From NCBI GenBank assembly GCA_963169225.1, contig CAUJDH010000045.1:1338-65337 (forward strand): a stretch of 64,000 nucleotides of DNA, read 5' to 3'. Positions 20,756 through 30,549 of this stretch are shown here, piece by piece. How positions within the stretch are numbered: position 1 is the stretch's first letter; every line of letters begins with the position of its first letter. The translations under genes and the position numbers were made by a program. The stretch is from Actinomycetota bacterium. GTDB lineage: Bacteria > Actinomycetota > Actinomycetes > S36-B12 > UBA10799. The notes under the pieces were generated by a model, which was not told the DNA's origin, ran no database searches, and saw only the letters and a program-made list of their open reading frames with translations.

Positions 20756-22096
20756 ATGAACAAAGCCGGGTCTAGCGCTATGCCTGTTGTGTGGGTTCGC
20801 TACTTCAGAAACGCCCGTATCGCGGCTCTCGTCATCTCGACTCTGATTGCTTTTACCGCAGCTCTCGTCATCGCACCACCGTCCGCTCAAGCGGCGGGGC
20901 CAGAGAATCCCAGCTCCCAACCGGATATCCAAGTCAACCTTGGACCGAACGCTGAACCGATCCCCGAAGACCTGAACTACGTCTGGTCATTCGTCCTAGC
21001 CGATGCCAATTCAGGTGAGATCCTGGCTATGAAGGATCCCGATCGCAAGCTTCCGCAAGCTAGCACTCTCAAGGTTCTGACAGCGCTTACGACGATGCCT
21101 CACCTTGACCCACACTCCACCTACTACGGCACCAAACAGGATGAAGATGCCGAAGGTATGAAGGCCGGTGTCAAAGCTGGAGCTTCGTACTCCGTGGATG
21201 ACCTGTACCACGGCCTCCTAATGCCTAGCGGCAATGATGCCGCTAGTGCGATTGCCAACGCCAACGGCGGCTGGAAGCAAACAATCGCTGCGATGAACGC
21301 CGAGGCACAGCGGGTTGGTGCCACCAATACTGTCGCCAAAAATCCGAGCGGACTGGATGAGCAGGGGCAGCATTCGACAGCCCGCGACCTCACCACGATC
21401 TTCCGCAATGCAATGCAGATCCCAGACTTCCTCAACACCATGGCGGTCAAACGCTACGAGTTCCCTGGCCCACCTGTCGACGCAACAGACAAGAATTCTG
21501 ATCGTACGGTCCGTGGAACCTACCCAATCTGGACCTCAAACCGTCTTTTGCTAAACGATCATGAAGGTTCGCTAGGTGGCAAGACAGGGTTCACCTCGCA
21601 GGCTGGCCGCACATTCGTTGCCGCCACTCAACGCGGCGGTCGCACCCTAGTCATGTCTCTCATGCGTGCAGCCAGGTCGACGGAGCGTTTGTCAGAGCAG
21701 CTGCTGACTTGGGGATTCGCCAACGCAGATAAGGTCACGCCTGTAGGGAGCCTGCCCGAGGTAGCACCTCGACTGCCAAGCCAATCACTTGCCGCCGTTC
21801 AATTGAATGCCGATGGAACTCCTAAAGCTGATCAGCAGTCTGCTATCGACAATTTGGCTGTTGCCAACGAGGGTAAGACAGTGCAAGCAGCGGCACAGAC
21901 CACCGGCTCAGAACTGGGTTCAGGCTTGCTTAGTGCATTGTTCAAGCCTGTTCTGTGGCTTGCCACTCTAGCGCTCCTGGCTGTTGCGGTTCTCCGGTTG
22001 CGCGTGATGCTTATCGCCGCTAGGCGCGGTTCTGGGAGTTCTCCCGCCAGACATCATGTGGATCTGCGTTCACATGACCACTCGCATACTTACTAA
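20756..22096 (+). CDS. D-alanyl-D-alanine carboxypeptidase (serine-type PBP) with a C-terminal TM anchor
   Basis: SxxK (ASTLK), SxN (SGND) and KTG (GKTGFT) motifs, plus a signal/TM N-terminus. Confidence 0.88.
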   Translation: MNKAGSSAMPVVWVRYFRNARIAALVISTLIAFTAALVIAPPSAQAAGPENPSSQPDIQVNLGPNAEPIPEDLNYVWSFVLADANSGEILAMKDPDRKLPQASTLKVLTALTTMPHLDPHSTYYGTKQDEDAEGMKAGVKAGASYSVDDLYHGLLMPSGNDAASAIANANGGWKQTIAAMNAEAQRVGATNTVAKNPSGLDEQGQHSTARDLTTIFRNAMQIPDFLNTMAVKRYEFPGPPVDATDKNSDRTVRGTYPIWTSNRLLLNDHEGSLGGKTGFTSQAGRTFVAATQRGGRTLVMSLMRAARSTERLSEQLLTWGFANADKVTPVGSLPEVAPRLPSQSLAAVQLNADGTPKADQQSAIDNLAVANEGKTVQAAAQTTGSELGSGLLSALFKPVLWLATLALLAVAVLRLRVMLIAARRGSGSSPARHHVDLRSHDHSHTY

Positions 22097-23089
22097 CTAG
22101 CGCAAGAAGCCTGACTTCTCGTAAACCGCGTCCAAAGTCTGCTGCGCCACGGAACGGGCTTTAGTGGCTCCAGAAGCGATTTGCTGATCTAGTGCTCCTG
22201 TGTCTGCCAGCAACTCGTTTGTCCGCTCCTGGAAGCCCTTGGCGAAGTCCACAACGACCTCAGCAACCTCAGTCTTGAACGGCCCATACATTTGGCCCTC
22301 GTAACGCACCTCGAGGTCTGCGATCGACTCCCCCGAGTACGCCGACAGAATGCTCAGCAAATTCGAGACGCCTGGCTTGTTCTCTTCATCGAATCGGACC
22401 ACAGTCTCACTATCGGTGACGGCAGACTTGATCTTCTTTTCGATTTTCTTGGGGTCATCCAGCAAGAACAAACAGCCGGTCGGAAGCGACTTCGACATCT
22501 TCTTAGTTGGGTCTTGAAGGTCACGAATTTTTGCAGTCGCTTTGACAATCAGTGGCTTAGGTAGTCCGAAGACTTCGCCAAAGCGACCGTTGAAGCGCCC
22601 GGCCAAATCGCGAGTAAGTTCCAAGTGTTGCCGCTGGTCCTCGCCGACAGGAACGAATTCGGGCTGGTAGAGCAAGATGTCGGCGGCCTGCAGGATCGGA
22701 TAAGTAAACAGACCTACCGATGCTGAACCTGCCCCGCCCTTAGCCGACTTGTCCTTGAACTGCGTCATGCGCGAGGCTTCGCCGTATCCGGTCAGACAAC
22801 TTAGCACCCAAGCGAGTTGAGAATGCTCGGGCACCTGGCTCTGCACGAAGATCGTGGACTGCTCGGGTGAGACGCCTAACGCCAGCAACTGCGCGTACGA
22901 AACGCGTGTCCGGTTCCGCAATACCTCTGGGTCATATTCGACCGTGATCGCGTGCTGATCCGCGATGAAGTAGAAACAGTCATACTCGGCTTGCAAATCA
23001 ACCCAGCTATTGAGTGCCCCTAACTGGTTGCCCAGATGGAACGAGTCGGCTGTAGGTTGAATGCCCGAAAGCACGCGAGATTTCGACAT
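22097..23089 (-). CDS. trpS: tryptophan--tRNA ligase
   Basis: HLGN (HIGH-type) and KMSKS motifs. 330 aa. Confidence 0.95.
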   Translation of the reverse strand: MSKSRVLSGIQPTADSFHLGNQLGALNSWVDLQAEYDCFYFIADQHAITVEYDPEVLRNRTRVSYAQLLALGVSPEQSTIFVQSQVPEHSQLAWVLSCLTGYGEASRMTQFKDKSAKGGAGSASVGLFTYPILQAADILLYQPEFVPVGEDQRQHLELTRDLAGRFNGRFGEVFGLPKPLIVKATAKIRDLQDPTKKMSKSLPTGCLFLLDDPKKIEKKIKSAVTDSETVVRFDEENKPGVSNLLSILSAYSGESIADLEVRYEGQMYGPFKTEVAEVVVDFAKGFQERTNELLADTGALDQQIASGATKARSVAQQTLDAVYEKSGFLR

Positions 23090-23105
23090 AGTCGTAGCTT
23101 ACAAG

Positions 23106-23918
23106 CTAAAAACTGGCGATCACCGGAGCATGGTCGGACCAGCGAGTGTCGTAGCTAAGCGCGCGATCCACCTCGAACTTTTTGAGCTTAGAAGCCAAGC
23201 CAGGGGTCGAGTACATGCAGTCGATCCGCCATCCTGTGTCTTTGTCGAATGCCTGACCGCGCATCGACCACCAGGTGTAGGGCCCCTCAACTTCGCCAGC
23301 AAAGTCGCGGCCAAGGTCAGCCCACCCCGAATCGACCCACTTGGTTAAGTACGCCCGCTCTTCGGGTAGGAAGCCAGAGTTCTTGACGTTGCCGCGCCAG
23401 TTCTTGATGTCAAGTTCAGTACGACCGATGTTGTAGTCACCAACAACAAGCGCCTGGTTTCCACCATTGTTAGCAGCCTTATGGAGCGCCCGTAGCCGCT
23501 TAGTCATGGCGTCGAGGAAGGCATACTTCTCGATCTGTTTAGGGGTGTCGACCTGACCGGTGGGAATGTATGCCGAAGCGATGGTCAACGGGCCTACTTT
23601 GGTGTCGATATCGCCTTGGATCCAGCGACCTGATTTTGCAAACTGTGCCGAACCGACCGAAGCTTTGATACTGGTCACGGGCAACTCACTGAGGATCGCG
23701 ACTCCCGCCCGACCCTTAGCCTCGGCATCGGCCAAGTAGATGCTCCATTTGGTTCCGGCGAATTCAGAACCAGCCAAGGCTTCGTCTAGCTGTTCCCGGT
23801 TGGCCCGAACTTCTTGCATACACACAACATCGGGCTTTAGCGCCGCTAGCTTGTCTAGCCCACCTTTACGAGCCGAAGCGCGAATACCGTTGACATTGAT
23901 CGAGATGATTCTGGTCAT
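23106..23918 (-). CDS. xth: exodeoxyribonuclease III
   Basis: EEP-fold motifs (SINVNGIRA, CMQE, WSDHAPV). I chose the start at MTRIISINVNG; the listed ORF extends to 23978. Confidence 0.88.
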   Translation of the reverse strand: MTRIISINVNGIRASARKGGLDKLAALKPDVVCMQEVRANREQLDEALAGSEFAGTKWSIYLADAEAKGRAGVAILSELPVTSIKASVGSAQFAKSGRWIQGDIDTKVGPLTIASAYIPTGQVDTPKQIEKYAFLDAMTKRLRALHKAANNGGNQALVVGDYNIGRTELDIKNWRGNVKNSGFLPEERAYLTKWVDSGWADLGRDFAGEVEGPYTWWSMRGQAFDKDTGWRIDCMYSTPGLASKLKKFEVDRALSYDTRWSDHAPVIASF

Positions 23919-23970
23919 CTGTTCAGTATCGCTCACCAATTCGGCGGTTAAGTCGCTAGGGTAAAAGCCA

Positions 23971-24564
23971 ATGAGCAATAACGAACTCGAATCTCAGCCC
24001 GACCAGGTCGAACCAGAACCCGACGATCAACCTGGCCTATTCCGTCGGGTTCTAAGAAAGCTACTCAACGCGTTTTGGGTACTCGTAATCGTGGCAGCAA
24101 TCCTCTTTGCTTGGCCATCAACCTGGGGCGGCCCGGTGACCATTACCAAGGTTCAAGGGCACTCGATGGAACCGACTCTCTACACCGGCGATGTAGCCAT
24201 CGCGCTTCGCCACTACAGCGGGAACTATGACGTCGGCAACATAATCGTCTATCGAGTCCAACAAGGCGACATCGAGGGCATGGTTATCCACCGGATAACC
24301 GAGCGCCTTGAGAATGGCAACTACATCACGCAAGGGGACAATAAAAAGTCGCCGGATCCATGGGAGATCCCGCCGGATTGGATCTTTGGCAAAGTAGCGA
24401 TCACGATTCCAGGTGTCGCTGGATGGTTAACTCTCATTAAATCTCCCATCTTCATCGCCATGATCGCCGGCGCAATCGTGATCTGGGTTTTGTGGCCTCG
24501 TAGAAGCGAATTAGAAGAAGAGTCTGAGGACGAAAGTATCCCCGCCGGAAGGTCATTGACCTAA
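23971..24564 (+). CDS. signal peptidase I, ER/archaeal (SipW/S26B) type
   Basis: GHSMEPT catalytic Ser, the HRI His motif, the QGDNKKSPD box, and TM helices at the N-terminus and C-terminus. Confidence 0.8.
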   Translation: MSNNELESQPDQVEPEPDDQPGLFRRVLRKLLNAFWVLVIVAAILFAWPSTWGGPVTITKVQGHSMEPTLYTGDVAIALRHYSGNYDVGNIIVYRVQQGDIEGMVIHRITERLENGNYITQGDNKKSPDPWEIPPDWIFGKVAITIPGVAGWLTLIKSPIFIAMIAGAIVIWVLWPRRSELEEESEDESIPAGRSLT

Positions 24565-24577
24565 TGGCGGGGATACT
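24535..24577. terminator. 12-bp perfect inverted repeat (AGTATCCCCGCC/GGCGGGGATACT) spanning the peptidase stop codon
   Basis: Arms at 24535-24546 and 24566-24577, between convergent genes. No clear U-tract. Confidence 0.4.
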
Positions 24578-24627
24578 CGTTCAGCGGTTATGAAATTGAC
24601 CGCCAAGTAAATGTTGGCTAGCTAGCT

Positions 24628-25065
24628 TTAGCTAACGGGGTTACCGGAGACAGTCAGAACGAAGCTGCTGACGTCAGCCGGATTTGCTGTGTTTGTGCCT
24701 TGGAATACACCGGTTTTGCCATCCTCAGACTTCTTGACCGTTCCGTCGAAGGTTCCACCGATCGGCTGGTTGCTGGCATTGCGGATGATCATTTGAGCTT
24801 CGCCACCGACGCAAGCTTGCGAAAGGTTCGACACAGTGAAGGTAGCCAGAGCGGATTCTTTCTTAGTCTGCTTCTGAGCGACTCCCCAGTTCACATTGAT
24901 CTTCTGCTTGGGATCCTGACACGATGTCACTAGGCCTTCGCTGGAACCGAGGTTCTGTACGTTGAACTCACCCAGGCTGGCAGCAGATGCACCAAGAGCA
25001 CCTGCGGTTACAACACCCGCGAGTACTGCGATTCCTGCACGCTTCTTCATTTTGCTGTTAGCCAC
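24628..25065 (-). CDS. small exported protein; candidate cognate substrate of the adjacent SipW-type peptidase
   Basis: GTG start preceded by AGAAGG. Signal peptide KMKKRAGIAVLAGVVTAGALGASAASLGEF. The mature part is Thr/Ser/Gly/Val/Asn-rich with 2 Cys. Confidence 0.6.
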   Translation of the reverse strand: MANSKMKKRAGIAVLAGVVTAGALGASAASLGEFNVQNLGSSEGLVTSCQDPKQKINVNWGVAQKQTKKESALATFTVSNLSQACVGGEAQMIIRNASNQPIGGTFDGTVKKSEDGKTGVFQGTNTANPADVSSFVLTVSGNPVS

Positions 25066-25465
25066 TGTTGCCTTCTTTCGTTAGGACCTTCGTCGGTCAT
25101 TTGTTTTGCTCGAGAGTCTGAAGTTGATCTTCGTCATCGATCTTGTTCTTGCAGTTTCTAGCTTCTATTTTTCTGTTTTTCTTGACAACTAAGTGGTGCC
25201 CACTAGGGAAGTTGATCAAACAGAAAATGATCAAGAAATCCTTATTTCTCCAGGATTTTCAACGAATTTATACATGCAGTTACTGAAATGATCATGAGCA
25301 CTACAGAGAGCTACCGAAGCTAAATTTCCCATGATCACTTAAAGTGTTCTTTCGGCTACTTTTAGTAGCAATCGAAGGAAATAGTTAAATAGGGCAACTA
25401 AGAAGTCACCAAAAGGACGATCAAAAATACTAAAAAGTCAGTGAATTAAACGAAGAAGATAAAAA
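25066..25465 (-). promoter_or_regulatory. 400-bp AT-rich ORF-free region with clustered TGATCA palindromes (promoter/regulatory region of the exported-protein gene)
   Basis: The two 60-nt lines I counted are 35% and 32% G+C, against 57% in a line of icd. Perfect TGATCA at 25213, 25228, 25289 and 25332. TTGATCA-N9-TGATCAA at 25212-25234. Confidence 0.45.
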
Positions 25466-26683
25466 CTAGCCGTTGATAGCAGTCTTAAGGTTCTCGTCTA
25501 CTGCAGCAAGGAACTCCTGCGTGGTGAGCCATTCTTGTCCACCACCGACCAATAGAGCGAGGTCCTTGGTCATCTTGCCTGACTCGACGGTCTCTACGCA
25601 GACACGCTCAAGGGTCTTGGCAAATTCAGAAACCTCAGGAGTATCGTCCATCCGGCCACGGTGCCACAGACCCTGGGTCCAGGCGAAGATCGAAGCAATC
25701 GGGTTGGTCGAAGTCGGATTGCCCTTCTGATGCTCGCGGTAGTGGCGAGTAACGGTGCCGTGTGCGGCCTCGGCCTCGACCGTCTTGCCATCGGCGGTGG
25801 TGAGCACAGAGGTCATAAGACCAAGCGATCCGAAGCCCTGGGCCACGGTGTCAGACTGAACATCGCCGTCGTAGTTCTTGCAGGCCCAGACATAACCGCC
25901 CTCCCACTTGAGCGCGGAGGCGACCATGTCATCGATCAGGCGGTGCTCGTAGGTCAGACCAGCAGCCTCGAACTGCTCCTTGAACTCCGTGTCGTAGACC
26001 TCTTGGAAGATGTCCTTGAAGCGGCCGTCATAGACCTTGAGGATCGTGTTCTTGGTCGACAAGTAAACCGGGTAGTTACGCGAAAGCCCGTAGTTCATGG
26101 AAGCACGCGCAAAGTCGCGGATCGAATCATCCAGGTTGTACATCGCCATCGCGACACCGTCACCGGGAAAGTCGAACACGTCGAGCTCGATGGGTTCCGA
26201 ACCATCCTCGGGCACGAAGTTCATGGTGAGCTTGCCTTTGCCCTTAATCAAGGTGTTGGTGGCGCGGTACTGGTCGCCAAATGCGTGGCGGCCAATGACG
26301 ATTGGCTTAGTCCAGCCAGGAACCAAGCGCGGAACCGACTCGATCACGATCGGCTCACGGAAGATCACACCACCAAGAATGTTGCGGATCGTTCCGTTCG
26401 GCGACTTGTACATATCCGCCAAGCCGAACTCTTCGACACGAGCCTCGTCCGGAGTGATGGTCGCGCACTTGACGCCAACGCCGTACTCCTTGATCGCGTT
26501 AGCCGCATCCACCGTGATCTGGTCGCGAGTCTCGTCTCGCTTCTCGATCCCAAGGTCAAAGTATTTGAGGTCAATATCGAGGTACGGCAAGATCAACTGC
26601 TCGCGGATGAACGACCAAATGATGCGGGTCATCTCGTCGCCGTCGAGCTCAACTACTGGATTCTTTACCTTGATCTTGCTCAC
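25466..26683 (-). CDS. icd: NADP-dependent isocitrate dehydrogenase (type II, eukaryote-like homodimeric)
   Basis: [24 protein letters not shown]-terminus and 405-aa full-length similarity. Confidence 0.95.
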   Translation of the reverse strand: MSKIKVKNPVVELDGDEMTRIIWSFIREQLILPYLDIDLKYFDLGIEKRDETRDQITVDAANAIKEYGVGVKCATITPDEARVEEFGLADMYKSPNGTIRNILGGVIFREPIVIESVPRLVPGWTKPIVIGRHAFGDQYRATNTLIKGKGKLTMNFVPEDGSEPIELDVFDFPGDGVAMAMYNLDDSIRDFARASMNYGLSRNYPVYLSTKNTILKVYDGRFKDIFQEVYDTEFKEQFEAAGLTYEHRLIDDMVASALKWEGGYVWACKNYDGDVQSDTVAQGFGSLGLMTSVLTTADGKTVEAEAAHGTVTRHYREHQKGNPTSTNPIASIFAWTQGLWHRGRMDDTPEVSEFAKTLERVCVETVESGKMTKDLALLVGGGQEWLTTQEFLAAVDENLKTAING

Positions 26684-26758
26684 GATAGGTTCCTCACTTC
26701 TTCCGATTCTGTTTCGGATCGATCAGACAGACAAAATTTGAACTAGACGTGGTTTGGA

Positions 26759-27715
26759 CTAAAGATCAGCGACGTCAGCTTGCTTCTCGCGGACGGCCTC
26801 AGCAGCTTCTTTGAGTCCAGCAAGCTCAGTGTCAGTCAGGTCAGTCTCAACAACCTTGACGACACCTTCTTTACCGATCTCGGCCTCGACTCCGAGGTAC
26901 ACGCCTTCGATGCCGAACTGACCCTCGACCCAGGCACAAACCGGCAGGGTCTCATGCGAGTCAGTATGAACAGCCTTGGCCATATAAGCGGCAGCGGACG
27001 ATGGAGCGTAGTAAGCCGAACCGGTCTTGAGTAGGGCCACGATCTCGGCGCCACCGTTGCGAGTGCGGTCAACGAGTTCGTCGATCTTGGCCTGGTCGAG
27101 CACCTCACCCAACGGCTTACCCGAGACGGTGCACTTGGACGGAACCGGCACCATGGTGTCGCCATGGGATCCAAGGGTCAAAGTCGTAACCTCGCCGACC
27201 TCAACGCCGGCAGCCTCGGCGACCGAGTTGGTGAAGCGGGCGGTGTCGAGCATGCCAGCCTGGCCGATCACGCGACTCTTGGGGAATCCGGTGGCAAGAG
27301 CAGTGAGCGCGGTCATCTCATCAAGTGGGTTGGAGACAACGATCACAACGGCGTTCGGAGCGTTCTTGGCGACCTGCTCAGCGACGCCGCGGACGATCTT
27401 GGCGTTCACCTCGATCAGATCCATGCGGCTCATGCCTGGCTTGCGAGGAAGTCCAGCGGTGATCACCACGATGTCGGAATCAGCGATGGCTTCGTAGCCG
27501 CCGCCATCGACGGTCGTGGTCTGACCCACGACGAGGGTTTCGAATCCCTCAACCGGGCGGGACTGGTTCATATCGAGCGCGAGGCCCTCTGCCTTGCCAT
27601 CGACGATGTCAGTCAAGACAACAGTCTCGAATACGTCGTACTGGGCCAACCGCATTGCTGTGGTCGAACCGTAGAAGCCTGCACCTACAACTGTTACCTT
27701 GCCTGAACGTGCCAT
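26759..27715 (-). CDS. mdh: malate dehydrogenase (LDH-like)
   Basis: VVGAGFYGST Rossmann motif, and GLPRKPGMSRMDL with the Arg specificity residue. I chose the start at MARSGKV (27715) rather than the listed 27802. Confidence 0.92.
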   Translation of the reverse strand: MARSGKVTVVGAGFYGSTTAMRLAQYDVFETVVLTDIVDGKAEGLALDMNQSRPVEGFETLVVGQTTTVDGGGYEAIADSDIVVITAGLPRKPGMSRMDLIEVNAKIVRGVAEQVAKNAPNAVVIVVSNPLDEMTALTALATGFPKSRVIGQAGMLDTARFTNSVAEAAGVEVGEVTTLTLGSHGDTMVPVPSKCTVSGKPLGEVLDQAKIDELVDRTRNGGAEIVALLKTGSAYYAPSSAAAYMAKAVHTDSHETLPVCAWVEGQFGIEGVYLGVEAEIGKEGVVKVVETDLTDTELAGLKEAAEAVREKQADVADL

Positions 27716-27863
27716 TGAGAGCTCTCGCCTTTCGGTTATGAAGATCGCTTTTCGAATCGTTTTTGGATCACTATTAGTAACGCAAATATCTACGTTGAGC
27801 ATATATCGCCGGTACCAAGCGACAGATTACGGGTTCAGGCGAGAGAACTCGAAGGGACAAGCG

Positions 27864-28265
27864 CTACTGCGGGATCCCCAGTGCGAGAACGCCAAGAGCG
27901 AGAGCGAAGCCAAAATAGAGCGTGCAATCCAACGCACGGTTACGCGAAGCAAACCAAGACATGGTGGCACGTGGCAAAGTCGCCCGCAGAAATCCAATAG
28001 CGGCAACGGTCGTCGCAAGCCCGAACAGGCCGATCATGAACGTGCCGAAGTACGTCAGGAACAAACTTATGCCGAGTGCTACGAGACCGGCCATCCCAAT
28101 CCATTTGGCGGACCGGGTAGTTGTTTCGGGCGAGGCGGACGGCGCTGGAATTGGCAAAGGAACAATCTGCGCATCTGCCTGAGCCGCACTGTCGGAATGA
28201 ACTGATGGGTCAAGCGAACGCTCAGGTCTCCCCAAGAATGCAGCTGCCGCCCCAGAATCAGTCAC
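27864..28265 (-). CDS. small integral membrane protein (DUF3017-like, tentative)
   Basis: Three predicted TM helices in the C-terminal half. Lies between folD and mdh. Confidence 0.4.
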   Translation of the reverse strand: MTDSGAAAAFLGRPERSLDPSVHSDSAAQADAQIVPLPIPAPSASPETTTRSAKWIGMAGLVALGISLFLTYFGTFMIGLFGLATTVAAIGFLRATLPRATMSWFASRNRALDCTLYFGFALALGVLALGIPQ

Positions 28266-28428
28266 ATCACCACTTTAGTCCAAGAAAACGGTGGGTTGCC
28301 CCTTAGCGAATGGCGAGTTACAAGGCTCTTATAGATTTCACAGGTCTCTGCCAGCTTGCCCTCTGAATTAGTGGGAAGATCACGTGGCTATGAAGATAGT
28401 GATCTACCTATTAACTTTGAGCACCCAG

Positions 28429-29277
28429 TTATCTCTGGGATAAGGCCGCTTCTACGACGTTCTTGAGGAGCATCACACGGGTCATGGGACCCACTCCGCC
28501 TGGCATCGGCGCTAGGTAGGCCGCGACTGAAGCAACTGCGGGGTCAACGTCGCCCACTAGACCTGCGTCGGTGCGCGTGATTCCGACATCGAGCACTGCG
28601 GCGCCGGGCTTGACGAACTCGGCTTTAACTAGGCCCGGAACACCAGCAGCCGCGACCACGATGTCAGCTTTGGCAATATGTTCGGCTAGATCGCGGGTTC
28701 CGGTGTGACACAAGGTGACCGTGGCATTCTCAGTGCGACGGGTCAAAAGCAAACCAAGTGGTCGCCCGACCGTGACGCCGCGACCAACGACACAAACTTC
28801 GGCACCATCGATTGGCACCTCATAGCGGCGCAGAAGCTCAACGATCCCCTGCGGAGTGCACGGCAATGGCGCGGGGGCACCCAAGACCAAGCGGCCAAGG
28901 TTGAGCGGATGCAGCCCGTCGGCATCCTTAGCCGGGTCCATGAGTTCGAGGATGCGCTGCTGATCGATCCCCTTTGGGAGCGGCAACTGGACGATGTAGC
29001 CAGTGCACTCCGGTGCCGCGTTCAAGTCAGCGATCGCGGCTTCAACGTCTACCTGAGTTGCAGTCTCGGGTAGGTCGACCCGAATCGATTCGATGCCAAC
29101 CTCAGCACAGTCACGGTGTTTGCCACCCACATACGAATGACTGCCCGGATCATCACCAACAAGCACAGTACCTAAACCAGGTTTGCTGCCTTGTGCCGTA
29201 AGTTCGGCGACAGTAGTGGCTAGTTCAGCCTTAATATCGGACGCAGTTTGCTTACCGTCGAGAATCGTTGCGGTCAT
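28429..29277 (-). CDS. folD: bifunctional methylenetetrahydrofolate dehydrogenase/methenyl-THF cyclohydrolase
   Basis: MTATILDGK start, YVGGKHRDC and [12 protein letters not shown] motifs. Confidence 0.94.
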   Translation of the reverse strand: MTATILDGKQTASDIKAELATTVAELTAQGSKPGLGTVLVGDDPGSHSYVGGKHRDCAEVGIESIRVDLPETATQVDVEAAIADLNAAPECTGYIVQLPLPKGIDQQRILELMDPAKDADGLHPLNLGRLVLGAPAPLPCTPQGIVELLRRYEVPIDGAEVCVVGRGVTVGRPLGLLLTRRTENATVTLCHTGTRDLAEHIAKADIVVAAAGVPGLVKAEFVKPGAAVLDVGITRTDAGLVGDVDPAVASVAAYLAPMPGGVGPMTRVMLLKNVVEAALSQR

Positions 29278-29407
29278 TACTCCATTATCGCGCACTTGCC
29301 TGCAAGCGTCCTGCACCTGCCAGGCGTTGTTGCCCGCTCACTAGTCGAACTATTGACTCGGAGCCAGGCCCGGCCGGATTAGTGGGACGAGGTAGGAGCT
29401 GGGGAGG

Positions 29408-30412
29408 CTACGAATTTGACGGAGCGCGCGACGGTTTGGCAACGGTGGCAACGACGACTGCTATAGCTGTTACAGCAACGCCGAGGAACAGACCGGCACT
29501 CAGGGTGACATTGCCTTGGGGGAACAGAGTGTCGAGCAGGATCGCACCCGAGAGTTGGCCCGTGATCGACAGCAGCGCAAATACGAGAACACCAACCACT
29601 CGCACCACAACGGCAGCCACAACGATGAAAGCGACACCGATGAAGCCTCCTAGCCAGATCACCGGATCGCTTAGTGGACTAGGCGGCAAGATCAACTGTC
29701 CGCCACGAACAATCTCGCTGACGATAAAGGCAAGCGTGAGCGCTGTGAATCCGACAATGAAGTTGATCAATCCTGCGATCCATGGCGATTCGGCAGCCAT
29801 AGCAACGCGTCCGTTGATCGCCTGCTGTGCCGCAATGAGGAAGCCAGCGACAACAACCAATGCAATGGCGGCAACGCTAAATGTGCCAGTGCTCGACTGA
29901 CCGTTGACAGCGAGAACTACACCGGCAACAGCCAAGCACGCAGCCAGAACGCGCTGGATGGTAATCGGCTGTTCGCCGCGAGGCCCCATGCCGAGCCGAT
30001 CAACGACCAGCGACCCGGTGTTCTGTGAAGCCACTACGGCGACGGTAAACATGGCAACTCCGAGATACTGAACCGTCGTGCTCTGGGCGACTACAAACGT
30101 TGCGCCACCAATGCCACCAAGTAAATGCCATGGACGAAGCGCACCTACCGCGCGCCTGTGCAGCGCGCGATGGTCAGATTCCGAATGAAGCGCTTGCCCT
30201 AATCGTTTGAAAGCCTGTCGTTGAGAGGGAACGAGCGAAACCAAGGCAATCAACGCAACCAGGCCCACACCGAACGAAATCCAGGCCGCAAAAATCCCGT
30301 TCTCCAAGACCGCACCTAGCCGACCATTGATCCGCGATTGCAACACCGTGAGAGCGCCCACCACAATCGCCCCACACATAGCGAAAGCACGAGTAGCTGG
30401 CGAGTAAGTCAC
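29408..30412 (-). CDS. DMT-superfamily (duplicated YdcZ/DUF606-like) transporter
   Basis: About 10 TM helices in two homologous halves. Confidence 0.6.
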   Translation of the reverse strand: MTYSPATRAFAMCGAIVVGALTVLQSRINGRLGAVLENGIFAAWISFGVGLVALIALVSLVPSQRQAFKRLGQALHSESDHRALHRRAVGALRPWHLLGGIGGATFVVAQSTTVQYLGVAMFTVAVVASQNTGSLVVDRLGMGPRGEQPITIQRVLAACLAVAGVVLAVNGQSSTGTFSVAAIALVVVAGFLIAAQQAINGRVAMAAESPWIAGLINFIVGFTALTLAFIVSEIVRGGQLILPPSPLSDPVIWLGGFIGVAFIVVAAVVVRVVGVLVFALLSITGQLSGAILLDTLFPQGNVTLSAGLFLGVAVTAIAVVVATVAKPSRAPSNS

Positions 30413-30483
30413 CTAGCGATTCTAAAGCTTCACGCACACACCCGACGTTCGATGACTCCCAAGAGAGGACATAGAAAAGTCCT

Positions 30484-30516
30484 CTAAGAAAAAGTGGCCT
30501 TTCTCCTTTTTCTTAG
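30484..30516 (-). terminator. 11-bp perfect inverted repeat (CTAAGAAAAAG/CTTTTTCTTAG) downstream of purH
   Basis: Arms at 30484-30494 and 30506-30516, about 35 nt after the purH stop. Confidence 0.4.
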
Positions 30517-30549
30517 GGGACTCTTCACAGCCCGGTCGCAAACCCAAAA

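Noticed and set aside
25661-26746. 361-aa ORF on the plus strand.
   Set aside because: It lies entirely antisense to the well-supported icd gene. Its Arg/Val/Leu/Asp-rich composition is typical of shadow ORFs in GC-rich DNA, and it has no motif.
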